The notes: generated by a model from the letters alone, not told the origin. A stretch of DNA of 64,000 bases from an uncultured Nitrososphaerales archaeon (GCA_963695855.1 CAVOHZ010000001.1:1-64000); one strand, 5' to 3'; counted from the stretch's first letter, positions 41,881 through 53,830 are shown. Numbers and translations are program-made.

Positions 41881-42138
41881 ATGGTATTAAATTATTCAAA
41901 GAGAGTCTTTCTAGCTCCTAACACATCGGATGAAGAGATAATACAAAAGGCCAAAAATTTACTTGTCGACAATGGTATTGATGAGGATGATATCCGGATT
42001 AGCTATAACACCAATGAGTTAGAGGAAGGAGATTTATTCATAAGTTATGATCCACCTGACCTTGTTATCAGAAATGTATACGAGAAAAAACAAAGTGGAT
42101 TCATAAAAATGAAAAGTATTAAAATGTTAAGATTATAA
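41881..42138 (+). CDS. Hypothetical protein
   Basis: ATG at 41881 within a 90-aa ORF; acidic globular composition. Confidence 0.6.
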   Translation: MVLNYSKRVFLAPNTSDEEIIQKAKNLLVDNGIDEDDIRISYNTNELEEGDLFISYDPPDLVIRNVYEKKQSGFIKMKSIKMLRL

Positions 42139-43422
42139 TAAAAGAAGTTCAGATATCCTTTTTTCTATTCCATTTATTTTCTCGATTGATTCTGAACCTG
42201 TTTTCATATTACGTAACTTTAAATTTTGACGGCTTATTTCTTCTGGTGCGACTATGATCGCAATTTTTGCATTTTTTGATGAGGCATCACTTAATTGCTT
42301 TTTTAGTGTCCTATTGGAGATATCATATTCTATAATAAACCCTTTTTTTCTCAGAAAATTTACCAGACGCAATAAATGATTGCGAACCTCCTTTCCTGAA
42401 TTTGCAAGATAAATTATATTTTTTTCCTCAGATGGGAGGATATTTTCGCGAGATTGCAATGCTAAAATTATCCTTTCTACTCCTCCAGCAGCACCAGCTG
42501 CTCCAATATCTGATCTTCCAAACACGCTTGTAAGTTTGTCGTAACGACCTCCACCAACCAGAGAGCCTACATCAGATTTGGTATCAAATACTTCGAAAAC
42601 CATTCCAGAATAATAGTCCAGACCTCTAACTATTCCCAGATTTATTCTAACGTTTGTGACATTTCTGTATTTTAAGGATAAAAGCAGTTCTTCAAGGTAT
42701 TTTATACATTCTAGATTATTTATTTTTGGATTGGATTTCAAATCTTCCAGATCTCCTTTAAATGAGAAAACTTGTAAAAGATCTTTTAATAAAGTTTCAT
42801 CTATTACTTCTTTGTATTCCTGACAGACTTCTTGTATGCCCTTTTTAGGTACTTTATCTATAGCCCTAAAGATTTCAGATAACAGACTCTCATTTTCTAT
42901 ATTGAAGTTTAATTTGATATATTCTTCAAGTATCCTTCTATCACTTACCTCCATTATAATACTATTACCAATGCCAAGTTTGTCAAAGAAATTGGAAACA
43001 AATTCTATTATTTCTGCATCTGAATCGATGTCGAAGCTATCATAAAGCTCAATATCCCATTGATGGAAATATCTATATCGCCCTGCCTGAGGTTCATCAT
43101 ATCTCCAGACTCCACCAAAGGATGCTAGCTTTATTGGAAGACGCATATCACGTCTTGAGGTTGCAAACCTTGTCATTCCAACTGTAAGGTCATAGCGAAG
43201 TGCTATACTTCTTCCACCTTTATCAGTAAATCCATAAATCTCATTTATTATCGAAGATCCACTCTTTACCTCGAGTGTAGACAAAAGTTCTAGTGGAGAT
43301 GGTTCTAATATCTGAAAATTGTAAGTTGATACAACTTCAAAAAATTTTCTCTTTATGTAATCAACATAGTATGAATCGTTACCGGTTAAATCCCTCATTC
43401 CTCTTGGAAGATCTACTTTCAA
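42133..43422 (-). CDS. hisS: Histidine--tRNA ligase
   Basis: PRGMRD, LRYDLT, RYDEPQAGRYRYFHQ, VRGLDYYSG, GGGRYD. Confidence 0.96.
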   Translation of the reverse strand: MKVDLPRGMRDLTGNDSYYVDYIKRKFFEVVSTYNFQILEPSPLELLSTLEVKSGSSIINEIYGFTDKGGRSIALRYDLTVGMTRFATSRRDMRLPIKLASFGGVWRYDEPQAGRYRYFHQWDIELYDSFDIDSDAEIIEFVSNFFDKLGIGNSIIMEVSDRRILEEYIKLNFNIENESLLSEIFRAIDKVPKKGIQEVCQEYKEVIDETLLKDLLQVFSFKGDLEDLKSNPKINNLECIKYLEELLLSLKYRNVTNVRINLGIVRGLDYYSGMVFEVFDTKSDVGSLVGGGRYDKLTSVFGRSDIGAAGAAGGVERIILALQSRENILPSEEKNIIYLANSGKEVRNHLLRLVNFLRKKGFIIEYDISNRTLKKQLSDASSKNAKIAIIVAPEEISRQNLKLRNMKTGSESIEKINGIEKRISELLLL

Positions 43423-43516
43423 AGTATGATAAGGGATGAAAAGTTTGGGATTTAGATTTTCCGATTTATTAAAATATTATATAGAATATACGGTATCTTT
43501 TTCTGGTATTGATATA

Positions 43517-44263
43517 ATGCTGGTAGAAAGTTATCAAGGATCTTTAGACGATAGCGATAACAGTAATGTATTCAGCAATGATTTAAAAAATGAAAAGGAA
43601 AATGGTATCAATGAAGACCAATACCTAAATGGTAAAAATAATGGGAGAAAATTTGAGAATGAAGGAGGAGGAGAAGAAGAAGAAGATTCGGTTGAGAAAA
43701 AAGGATATAGATATCTAGATCATATGACTGACTTGATAGTCGAAGCATACGACATGACTCTAACAGAAACTTTTCTCAATGCAGCAATAGGTACGTTGAA
43801 CGCTATGTTTGATGTAGAAAAGGTTGAATCTAAAACCAGCACAAAAATAGTGGCACAAGGACATGATCTGAAAAGTTTGTTATATGATTGGATCGAAAAG
43901 ATACTCTTGGCAATTTATATTGATAAAATAATCATAAATCATTTTGAATATTTGGAACTGCGTATGGTCATAAAAGATGGTAACGGTAACAGAATTAAGA
44001 GTCAGATTGTTTCTACTTTTAAGAACAATCATGAAATTCAATACAAACCAGAAATGAATTTAATTCTCGAAGAACAAAAAATAGAATTGGGGCGAAGAGG
44101 ATCTGTCACCTATGAAATTGAATGTGTATGTTCGGGAGAATCTCCTGATATTTCTAAACATAATTATAAATTGGAAATAAAGTCGGTTACTTACCATGAG
44201 ATGGAAATTGATTATGATAAGAATACAAAGAAATATAGAGTAAAATTTTTGCTTGACCTTTAA
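43517..44263 (+). CDS. Archease with an acidic N-terminal extension and internal insert
   Basis: YRYLDHMTDL, LLYDWIE, IKSVTYHEM, FLLDL; start taken at MLVES. Confidence 0.88.
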   Translation: MLVESYQGSLDDSDNSNVFSNDLKNEKENGINEDQYLNGKNNGRKFENEGGGEEEEDSVEKKGYRYLDHMTDLIVEAYDMTLTETFLNAAIGTLNAMFDVEKVESKTSTKIVAQGHDLKSLLYDWIEKILLAIYIDKIIINHFEYLELRMVIKDGNGNRIKSQIVSTFKNNHEIQYKPEMNLILEEQKIELGRRGSVTYEIECVCSGESPDISKHNYKLEIKSVTYHEMEIDYDKNTKKYRVKFLLDL

Positions 44264-44695
44264 TTTGATATTTCAGTATTATTTACTGAATGTTACAAAT
44301 ATTTCACTAAATAATGCAGATCAAAAATCTTGATTTTCATAAATAGCAAGTTACTCTAAAAATGTTGCGAAATATTCGAATTATTTTATATGATTTTCTT
44401 TACCTTTACAAGAATAAAGAAATATAAATAGAGATGATATTTTCGAAAAAAGAAAAATTTGAACGAATTAAAAATTTAGAGAATTATCATAAAAAGAATG
44501 TAATAAAAAATTTCAGAATCAAAAGTAGACCAGCTTTATTATCTTTAATAATAGAGTATAAAAAATAAATATAATTTCTTGATATTCAGTTTTGTATTTG
44601 AATAATAATCTTTTTGAATATGGTAACAAACAGTAAAAGAGGTGTATTACAATTATTACAATAAATTAATATTTATAAAAATAAAATAATTATAA

Positions 44696-45244
44696 ATGAC
44701 ATATAACAAAATACGACTGATATCCATTGGATTATTTGCAATAGCTATTTCATCTTCCATTTATTCTCATTCATAAGAAAGTAGTAGGGTCTTGGCTCAA
44801 GCAGCAACTTCTAGTTATAATGCAGTTGTCGGCGAACTAATTTTTGAATCAGAAGGTAAAATTGTAAGTCAAAGGGTTATAGACTATGAATATAGGAACG
44901 AATTACCAAAAATTGAAACTTCATATTCAGGTAATGGATATCTAAATGGCGTAGGGAATGTGACCGAGATTTGGACCTTTGTTGATACCCAGATCTCCAG
45001 TGGAATTACTCAGGGACTCGGCCATGGCGTCATAACTAGCACAGATGGAAAGGGAATATCAACAGCTACCGAACTCGGTAGAGGATTTCTTGGTGAAGGT
45101 GGTGAAATGAATTATCCTGCAGCTCGTTTTTTTACTACACAATCAAGTGGAAAGATGGCTTTTCTAAATCAAATAGTATGATTAACTCACTGGGAGGTGG
45201 ACAATTCTGGAAATTATTTCTTTAAAATGTGGCAATGAAACTAA
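44696..45244 (+). pseudogene. Exported beta-rich protein, inactivated by nonsense mutations
   Basis: Signal peptide MTYNKIRLISIGLFAIAISS; in-frame stops TAA 44774, TGA 45179 and TGA 45236, with plausible coding sequence continuing across each. Confidence 0.7.
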
Positions 45245-45587
45245 TAACCATAAATCGGTATAATTATTTTCGGTCCTCATTTTTGCAATTTTTTAGAGAA
45301 ATATTATGAAAAATATTTAATTTTTATAGGTTATCGATCTACCATTTTTAATGACCTTTAAAATATTTCATAAAATATATGTTTATTGAAACTAATATTT
45401 ACTTTTATTAGATGTACTTTTTCATAAAATGGGTATTTAACTACTTTTTGCAGAACTTTACATCCATTAAATGCTTTTATATCACGAGTTTTTTATTTTT
45501 TGATCAATATTAGTGATTTTAATGTATTTGGTTGAGTTGCTGTTTTTCTACAATAAATTTTAAATATCATTTTTTAAAAAAGAATCT

Positions 45588-45962
45588 ATGTATGAAGAGA
45601 ATGAAGATATTGGAAAATACCCTAATGATATGGATGAAAACAAAGCTGAGATTATAGAGTTATCCGAAAAAAATTTTGATTATGCAATAAAAAGTACTAA
45701 GCCTTTATTAGTTGACTTTTGGGCTACGTGGTGCGGTCCATGTAAATTTATGCTGCCTGTATTTGATAAGCTCTCGAGTAAATATTCAGATAAAATAAAT
45801 TTTGGGAGGCTCAATGTGGATGAGCACCAATCAATTGCTGTAAAATATGATGTTTATGCGATTCCAACTTTCATTGTATTTTTAAATGGAGAAGTTGCCG
45901 AAAGGGCCGTAGGTGCAGTTGGTGAAAAAGGATTAGAAGGAATACTAGAAAAATACAAATAA
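45588..45962 (+). CDS. trxA: Thioredoxin
   Basis: LVDFWATWCGPCK, AIPT. Confidence 0.95.
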   Translation: MYEENEDIGKYPNDMDENKAEIIELSEKNFDYAIKSTKPLLVDFWATWCGPCKFMLPVFDKLSSKYSDKINFGRLNVDEHQSIAVKYDVYAIPTFIVFLNGEVAERAVGAVGEKGLEGILEKYK

Positions 45963-46218
45963 AGAGTATTAGAATTTGAAAGAGGTTAGAAACTCATCTT
46001 TCACATAGTGGAAAATGAAATTCATGTATCATAATTAGAGTCGCAAGATACTATAGGAGAAGTTACTTGCATTGTTATTTAGATATCATGATTTCAGGGA
46101 TCTTCAGTTTCTATTAGAAAGGATATCAAATTCTATAAATTTTATGGTAGAATAAATTTTAACTTTACACACAAGAGAGTACTAACCACTGTTAGAAGAA
46201 AAAGAGAAAGTATTAAAG

Positions 46219-46527
46219 CTAAATTTCGTTATTTAATCCAAAATATTTCTTTATTTCGCATACTCGGTCAACGGCACCATTATTTTTTAATAAATCAGAA
46301 AATGTCGGATCTCCTTCTATTTTTTGCAAAAATGAAATAACTTCATGGCTTGTTACACCGTGAACAATATCATGATTTATTTGTCTTCGAATATTATAAA
46401 TAGTACCATATTTTCTATGCATTCTCCTTTCGTAATTAGTGGAGTTTTCAGACAGTCCCTTTACAAATTTGACTACTGTTTTTTCCATATGTTTGAGATG
46501 CCAATCTCTAAGCGGAAAAAATGACAT
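46219..46527 (-). CDS. Hypothetical protein, 102 aa
   Basis: Clean ATG ORF. Confidence 0.65.
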   Translation of the reverse strand: MSFFPLRDWHLKHMEKTVVKFVKGLSENSTNYERRMHRKYGTIYNIRRQINHDIVHGVTSHEVISFLQKIEGDPTFSDLLKNNGAVDRVCEIKKYFGLNNEI

Positions 46528-46879
46528 TTTTTATCCTAAATCTAGTAATATATTATATGCTAAACTGATATATATAATGATCTAATTTTTTCAAAGTCAT
46601 TAAATTCATGAATGTTTTAATTTTCAAAAAAATCCATTATACAATTATAAAATCTTACTAAAATTGAAAATGAATTTAGAAAGTGAAATAGGCATCTAGG
46701 TTTCTTCTTTAAATTAACAAGAATAATAATGAATAAGATATCAAATTCCATATAATATACTAATATTTAGAAAATAACAATATTCAACACTCAATACCCT
46801 AAGATTAAAATGATTTTCTAATTCTTTATTTTATTACTAGAACTAAATTGATCAATAAAATCTAACCTAATAGTTATCT

Positions 46880-48063
46880 GAGGCCGGGTCATAATTATTC
46901 CATTTTCATAACGAATAAAGCTAGTTTATTGGTGTATGATGTTTTGGTGAAAAACTATCATTCAATCCAACAAACTAGCACAGAAAAGATCTACATCTAT
47001 TCTAATTAGTATTTTGTATTTGATTGGTTTGATTCGTTGGCCACATAATAATAATAATAATAGAGGAGGAGGAGGGCGTGGTAGACCATATGTCTATCCT
47101 CCTACTGTTATACTACGATGTTTTATAGTACGTGTATGGTTCCGATTGGATTCGAACAGAGCATTACATGAATACCTTGCAATGGACCTATCATATAACA
47201 GAAAGGTAATGAAGGGATGTGGACTATCCAGAATACCAAGCAGAAGAACATTTGATAGACGTCTTGCTACACTATCTATCTGATGATATCAAAAACAGGA
47301 TTACTACAATGGGTGAAGTTTTTGTTCATGAAAAAATAATCGATACATCTATCCTCTCAGCAGACAGTACCCTTATCAAGGCTAGAGGTTATGTCTGGCA
47401 CAAATCATCTATGGAAGAGGGAGTAGTACCACATTCTGGTATTGATATAGATGCAATGTGGGGATTCAGCCATACAAAGGAGGGTTGGATATTTGGATAC
47501 AAATTACATTTGATATCAAGTACTGGGTCTATCATTGTACCTTTGGCAGCAGATTTTACAACTGCTAACATACCTGACAATCAAATGTACAGTATATTGA
47601 CAGCAAGTCTACCTGTTACAATCATTAGAGAAATATTATTCATGTCTGCAGATCCTGGATACGATGATCATGAATTGTATGATCTCAGTACAGATATGGG
47701 ATTTAGATTGGTATGTCCAGTAAAGAGATATAAAAATACACATGCTGATAGGATAAAACTGATAGAATTTTATGAATCTAATGTTGGACAGGCTATCTAT
47801 TCCTTGAGAAGTATATCAATTGAACTGTTGATAGGGCATATCAAACCTGTGTTCAGGATAGATCCATTACCTGTCAGGGGATATGTCAAGAGTTGTGCAT
47901 CAGTATTATTGTCAGTACTGTTATACCAGATACTTGTCTATTATAACTGTAAAACTAACAAAAAGAATCCCAGAGCAATCAAATACATACTAGGAACATA
48001 ACGATTGACTATATGCTATTGTTAACATTACCATATTTATTTTATGAATTATGACCCAGTCTC
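46880..48063 (+). mobile_element. Insertion sequence with a DDE transposase (DDE_Tnp_1 type), frameshifted
   Basis: 17-bp TIRs GAGGCCGGGTCATAATT / reverse complement GAGACTGGGTCATAATT; 8-bp TSD AGTTATCT at 46872-46879 and 48064-48071; SADST, GYKLHL and ADPGYD motifs split over ORFs 47014-47283 and 47219-48001. Confidence 0.9.
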
Positions 48064-48118
48064 AGTTATCTATTCTCTTTATAAATATCTTTATTTATTT
48101 GTAAATGCTAATAAATTT

Positions 48119-49093
48119 ATGGTAGATTTAATCTATGGCCGTGGAATAACTGATTTAATACACGAGATGCCATTTTATCTTAATTTCATAAAAAAAATTA
48201 TAGGAATAAAGGTATTTCATTCTAAACAGACATTATATGGTTCGGTAGATATCAATAATGTCTGCAATTTACATTGTTCTCATTGCTACTGGTGGCTTAA
48301 TAGAAAGGAAGAACATGATCTAGGTCTTGAAGATTGGAAAAAGATAATTGATAATACATTTAAAAAGCAAAATATCTTTGTGGTTACCCTCGTTGGAGGT
48401 GAACCATTGTTAAGGCCCGATATCATACAATTGTTCTGTAATGAAATGCCTAGAAGGGTTTGCGTGGTCACAAATGGTACGTTTCCTTTAAAGAGGTTTG
48501 AGAATCTATATTTTTATTGGGTCTCACTCGATGGAACAGAAGAAGTTCATGATAGTATCAGGGGAAAAGGATCCTATTCAAAGACAAGAAATAACATATT
48601 AGAATATATCGAAAAAGAAGGAGACAGGAAAGGAAAACCTGCTTGGAAGGACATATGGATTACTATGACCATCAATTCTCTTAATTATACAACGGCAATT
48701 CCTTTAGCACAAGAATGGAGGGGAAAAGTGAACAAAATAGGATTTCAATTTCATACTCCATTTATAAAAGATGATCCTCTTTGGCTGCCTTTTGGGGATA
48801 TTCGTGACAGTGTGGTAGATGAAATTATATCAATGAAACGACTATATCCTGATTATATAGTGAATTCTGAGAAACAAATATCTTTGATGAAAGGTAACTG
48901 GGGAGGGGTCGAAACCACCCCTGTTCAATGTCCTTCATGGGCTATTATTTCTCTGGATCACATGGGAAGAGTCAAACAGCCCTGTTGTATAGGAAGTGCA
49001 GATAATAAAGGATTAAAACCCATATGCGAAAAATGCGGTCTTGGTTGTTATTCCATCCTAGTTGCACAAGGAATCAAAGGCCTTCAAAAGTAA
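48119..49093 (+). CDS. Radical SAM protein with a C-terminal SPASM/twitch-like Cys cluster
   Basis: CNLHCSHC, GGEPLL, VTNG, VSLDG; C-terminal CPSW...CCIG...CEKCGLGC. Start moved to MVDLIYG because the ATG at 48044 lies inside the IS. Confidence 0.9.
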   Translation: MVDLIYGRGITDLIHEMPFYLNFIKKIIGIKVFHSKQTLYGSVDINNVCNLHCSHCYWWLNRKEEHDLGLEDWKKIIDNTFKKQNIFVVTLVGGEPLLRPDIIQLFCNEMPRRVCVVTNGTFPLKRFENLYFYWVSLDGTEEVHDSIRGKGSYSKTRNNILEYIEKEGDRKGKPAWKDIWITMTINSLNYTTAIPLAQEWRGKVNKIGFQFHTPFIKDDPLWLPFGDIRDSVVDEIISMKRLYPDYIVNSEKQISLMKGNWGGVETTPVQCPSWAIISLDHMGRVKQPCCIGSADNKGLKPICEKCGLGCYSILVAQGIKGLQK

Positions 49094-49214
49094 TAAATTT
49101 GATTTACATTAGTATACTGAATTCTAGCCAATGTCTTAATTCTATGAATTGTGTTCTAAATATTCACCAAACTCGTAGAAACATATAGATTAAAGGAAAT
49201 GTATTATATATATT

Positions 49215-49403
49215 ATGTACACAGAAAAAACAGAGAAAATATTTGAAGATAAAGATGGAAAGAACGAAATCTTAGCAATATACGAAGGAGACTTTGTAAG
49301 ATTTTATAAAAAAGATGGAGACCAGTTGTTGGATGAAGATGTTCTTATAGTTGCAGATTTTGAAATGATGACTAAAGAAGAAGGATGGAAGGAATTAAAA
49401 TAA
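49215..49403 (+). CDS. Small acidic hypothetical protein, 62 aa
   Basis: Clean ORF with purine-rich coding bias. Confidence 0.65.
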   Translation: MYTEKTEKIFEDKDGKNEILAIYEGDFVRFYKKDGDQLLDEDVLIVADFEMMTKEEGWKELK

Positions 49404-49862
49404 TGATGAACTGTTTCAATAAATTCAATATTCAATAATTCTATAATCTTGACAAGGCAAGATTAATAAAGATTCGTATAAAAGGCCTGGCATATAATTA
49501 TGCTGTAACGTTCTTATCTTATGTCACATTACTTTTCTAGTGTCTAAAAATAATACTTCATAACATTACTTTAATAGGTAATTTTATTTTGTTGAAGAAT
49601 GGACTGATCTTTGATATACTCTTTACACAATTTCTACTATAATTCAAGAATTCAACAAGATCAAAATTTATAAAAACTCGATGAAAAACTGAAAATATAA
49701 CACTTTTTTAATTTAATTTAATTTAATTTAATTTTTATAATTGAACATAGCATCTGTAGGATTTCAAATGACTGTTAACTAAGAATTAATCTTTTAATAG
49801 ATCAGATTTTTCATACCAAAGTGATTATGGTTGTTTGAATTAAATTTTTAATCTAAATGACG

Positions 49863-50156
49863 TTATTGTAATTTGATTATCTCATCCCATGTCCCAGTTA
49901 GAGAGAGCATGTAATATTTGCTTTCATTTTCACATTCCAAATGTATTATATCACCAGTTGTTATGTGAATTTGAAATAATTTGTTCAAGAACATCAAAAA
50001 ACTAGGACCCGCTACTATGCTTTTGGCTTCCCTTTCAAGTGGTTTATCGTAATACTTCTTCAGAGTATCACCAAGTCCGGAACTGCTAATATCTCCAACC
50101 AGATCGGACAAATCTACAAACTTTAAGTTTCTTTTGTATACTTTAAGTAAGGCCAT
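49863..50156 (-). CDS. Hypothetical protein, 97 aa
   Basis: Clean ATG ORF. Confidence 0.65.
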   Translation of the reverse strand: MALLKVYKRNLKFVDLSDLVGDISSSGLGDTLKKYYDKPLEREAKSIVAGPSFLMFLNKLFQIHITTGDIIHLECENESKYYMLSLTGTWDEIIKLQ

Positions 50157-50284
50157 GTTAAATGATTCCTATCACTGTACTGTTATACTAACATATATTG
50201 TTTACCAACATAAAAAAGTATTTTGTATTTAAAATTGTTCAAATCCAAACATGATATTTATTTAAATCGTTGTTTTGAATTGCC

Positions 50285-51180
50285 ATGTTTCTATTGGAAA
50301 AACTCGTACAGTACTATTACCATTATCCCACAGAAAATAGTGATAATAATCTGGATGAACAAATAATAGAATGTGAGCAATCTTTCTTGTCTGAGTTAAA
50401 GAAATTATATGACAAGAAATTGGCAAGTCTGGTGCTTGATTCTATAAAAAAGGAGTTTGGAGACTTTACAAAACTTTGTAAGTAGATAGCAAATGGTCAT
50501 GTAAACAGACAACAACTCGAACATATTTTAGACAGTCTGTTTTTTGATAGTGTGAAGAACAAAAATAAATCCACGGAATCACCAAAATATAATATTAAAG
50601 AAAACGATTTTTCATCATATTCGGACTATCAAGATGGCAAACAATCATCATCATTATCAGTAGATGATGAAGAAAAGGAATATTCTCCATCATATCATCA
50701 AAAATAAAAACTAGACTATGATAATGAATACGGTTACCAATCTAATGGACACTCTTACGATAAAAATTCAGGTTATGAAGAAACCTATAAGGTGAAAGAC
50801 GACAAAGACGACAGGCAGAAGAGCTACGAGAAAGAGGACAACAGAGAGAAGAGCTATGACAACGATAAGAGGTACAACAAATACTCCTATCAAAAAAATG
50901 CATATGTTGATAATAGTGATGGTGTGTATGATGGGAAGTCATATTCATATAATGAAATGCAATACAAACCAATCATATATGAAGGTGGTTATCATGAAGA
51001 TAAATAATCCAAATACGATCTATATAACAATAACGAAAATAACTATAATACAATAAATATCACCATTCAAAAGATACTAACATAAATGATAATTATACTT
51101 ACAGTAATACTAATAAGAACACACAGCATGGTAATAATTACAACTACTATAATAAAGATGTAAATGGAAAAGAGAAAATT
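50285..51180 (+). pseudogene. Fragmented low-complexity (Tyr/Asp/Asn/Lys-rich) coding region
   Basis: Consecutive short plus-strand ORFs (50285-50485, ~50493-50707, 50792-51007, ~51010-51190) with coding-like composition broken by stops and frameshifts. Confidence 0.45.
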
Positions 51181-51225
51181 GAATTCATTTAGAATGTTTT
51201 AAAATGTTTGTTTAAACCACCGATT

Positions 51226-51378
51226 ATATACGTTGTATGGCGAGACGATATACCCGGTAACAATGATATCTTCTTTTCAAGGAGTACAGACAATGGTGCA
51301 CCATCAACGTTCAGCCAGCCTGATAATATAAGTGATAACGCGGATGCATCATTCGGCCTACTGATAGCCCTATCTTAA
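51226..51378 (+). pseudogene. C-terminal fragment of a BNR/sialidase-like repeat protein
   Basis: IYVVWRDDIPGNNDIFFSRSTDNGAPSTFSQPDNISDN with an Asp-box SxDxG and no start codon. Confidence 0.7.
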
Positions 51379-52131
51379 TTCATTTTTATTAATTTTTTTC
51401 AAGAAAAAAATAAAATGCAAATGCAAATTTAAAAGTTTAAATAAAAATACCTAGCAAAATAATAATTGTCCAAATCTTAATTATTAAATAATCAATTCCT
51501 AAAATATAAAGCAATGAGGTTAAACATATGGAATATTTTTGTCACCGAGCATTTTATTTATCTTCTAGTTGCATTGTAGTGTATTATATATAAATTCCTT
51601 TAATACGAACAAACGTTTTGCATACAGAATCATTTAATCAAATTATTAAATTCCCCAAAAAATAAAAGAAATTAAAATGATCTCAAATGAATAATGAATA
51701 AACTCAACGGGTGTAAACATAAAATTGCTTCAAAGTAGAAAAATATTCAAACATAGCTATTGGATAGACCGAAGGCATTGTCTTTAGTTAAATGATATTC
51801 TACTGGTACTATATTAATTATCCAGAAAGAATCTCGACTAAAATAGTGATGTTCAACATCTTTTCAGTCTTCTACAATTTGTTCTATTTCTTTTTTGTTA
51901 AATTTTCTGATGAGATTTTTGGCTAATTCTACTTCGCTTTTCTTTATCAACTTTATCAATTTATGCTAAGGATTACCAGACAGAGTCAGCTTATGATAGT
52001 CAGTTCTTTGCTACATAAAATCTTTTTGAATAAATACTGAAATAATAATTATTGAACTAAAATTTAAGAAAAGTATTTTTTAGTAATTTTTTTAAATTAT
52101 CTCTATTTTATTCAGGATATCAATTAAGAAC

Positions 52132-53346
52132 CTATCTCTGAATTATTACCTGTTCGTCCTTTTCTTCAATAGGTGAATGTGTTCTCATTATTGTATCAAC
52201 ATAGATTTTCATATGTTGATTGGCAATACTATTCCAATCTAATCTCACTTTAAATTTCCCTATAGCAGATATATAAGATAAATAATTTTCATCCATCTGT
52301 TTTAATGCTTTTACAAATTCATCTGGTTTTCTTTTTACTACTATTCCCAAGTTCATTTCTTTGAATTCTTTAAAAAAATCCAAGTCAGAGGCAATAAATG
52401 GCGTACCATGTGCTAATGCATCAAACATTACTCCTGAACCAGAACATACTATATACGGCAAAATAACAACATCTGATGCATAGAATAATAATGATAGTTC
52501 AGATTCAGAAAGATACTTTTTGTCGAGATTGATTATTCTGTTCTTATTTTTACTGTTAACAATATCTATATCAAAATTCTGTTGACTATAATGATTTTTT
52601 GAATGATTTAAAACTATCACCCAATCATCCGGAATTTTCATCTTGTTAATAATATCCCATCCCTTAGTAGAAGTAAAAAATCCTTGCGCTAAAGCGATTT
52701 TTGAACTGGTGGGTAAAGACAATTTCGTCCTTGCTTCTTGTTTAGAAACATTTTGAGACAAATACGAATTTGCACCATGATATATCACTTTACATCCTGG
52801 TATCAACTTTGATAAATAATCAGAACATACTATATTGGCCCTACTTTGACGGAAAATTCGCTTATTTAAATCATGAAATGCTTTATAGTTTATAACTCGT
52901 TGCCAATATTCAGTTATTTTTTTGATATTGAATTTATGTTGGTTAATAGACACTAAATTTAACCATTGTTTAAAGTCATATGAAGAATGGAAAGTAGTAA
53001 TTATGGGTTGAGCATATTTGGAATAAAAATAATCTAGCGAAGTAGTTATGCGACCTGGTAGCAAAGAATTAAGTTCCAATCCATATAGTCCATGTTCCAT
53101 TTGAATATGTACAATATCTGGGTGCAATTGATCTACAACTTTAAGTAAAAATTGAGAATTATTTGTATTGTGTGGAGATAGTCCTTTGTATTCTCCATTT
53201 CCTTCACTTCCAGAACACACATAGACATCAATGTCAATATTTCTTAGGGCATTTACTAAATTATTTGTATATCTTCCTATTCCTCCCTGCATCGGAGGAT
53301 ATTCGGTGGAAACCATCAGTACTTTTAAATTATTTTCATTTTTCAT
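52132..53346 (-). CDS. Glycosyltransferase family 4
   Basis: VSTEYPPMQGGIGRYT, TTFHS, ASDVVILPY, SGVMFDALAHGTPFIASD. Confidence 0.9.
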   Translation of the reverse strand: MKNENNLKVLMVSTEYPPMQGGIGRYTNNLVNALRNIDIDVYVCSGSEGNGEYKGLSPHNTNNSQFLLKVVDQLHPDIVHIQMEHGLYGLELNSLLPGRITTSLDYFYSKYAQPIITTFHSSYDFKQWLNLVSINQHKFNIKKITEYWQRVINYKAFHDLNKRIFRQSRANIVCSDYLSKLIPGCKVIYHGANSYLSQNVSKQEARTKLSLPTSSKIALAQGFFTSTKGWDIINKMKIPDDWVIVLNHSKNHYSQQNFDIDIVNSKNKNRIINLDKKYLSESELSLLFYASDVVILPYIVCSGSGVMFDALAHGTPFIASDLDFFKEFKEMNLGIVVKRKPDEFVKALKQMDENYLSYISAIGKFKVRLDWNSIANQHMKIYVDTIMRTHSPIEEKDEQVIIQR

Positions 53347-53830
53347 TTTTTCTTCTCTTCATTAATTTTATAGGTAACAAGCAATAAATTAATTACAAAT
53401 ATTTGGAATTTTTCTATTTCTAATTACTACGTTTATATATTATTCAATCAAATATATTAATATTTTATACTGGCCCTATCAAATTGGTTGAGTTTGATAC
53501 TAGATAACAATTATTGAAAGGAAAAGATAGTTGATGGGCCCTAATTTTGATTTTTGCGACTATTGATAATACTTTCTTGTTGATATTTTTCCTTACAACG
53601 ATTTTATCAGAGACAGATTCAAAGCTAGTTTTTAATGCATGGCCAATTACATTATATGTAAATGAAATCGACTTACCAATTAGAGTGTTTCTTCATGTTC
53701 TGATTCTAAAACCATGCCAAGAATGCGAGGACTCGGTTCTAAAGCAATCAGAAACTCCTACAATTTCTTCTAATACTTTTTTTTAAAAGTATATTTTAAA
53801 ATCTAAATATAAAAATTAATAGGAATATTG

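Noticed and set aside
44696-45244. Possible stop-codon recoding (Sec/Pyl) in interrupted genes
   Set aside because: TAA, TAG and TGA plus frameshifts all occur across the interrupted genes, and TGA aligns to Gly or Trp positions; ordinary decay explains it.
49706-49735. TTTAA microsatellite
   Set aside because: Low-complexity AT run between convergent genes; at most a terminator region.
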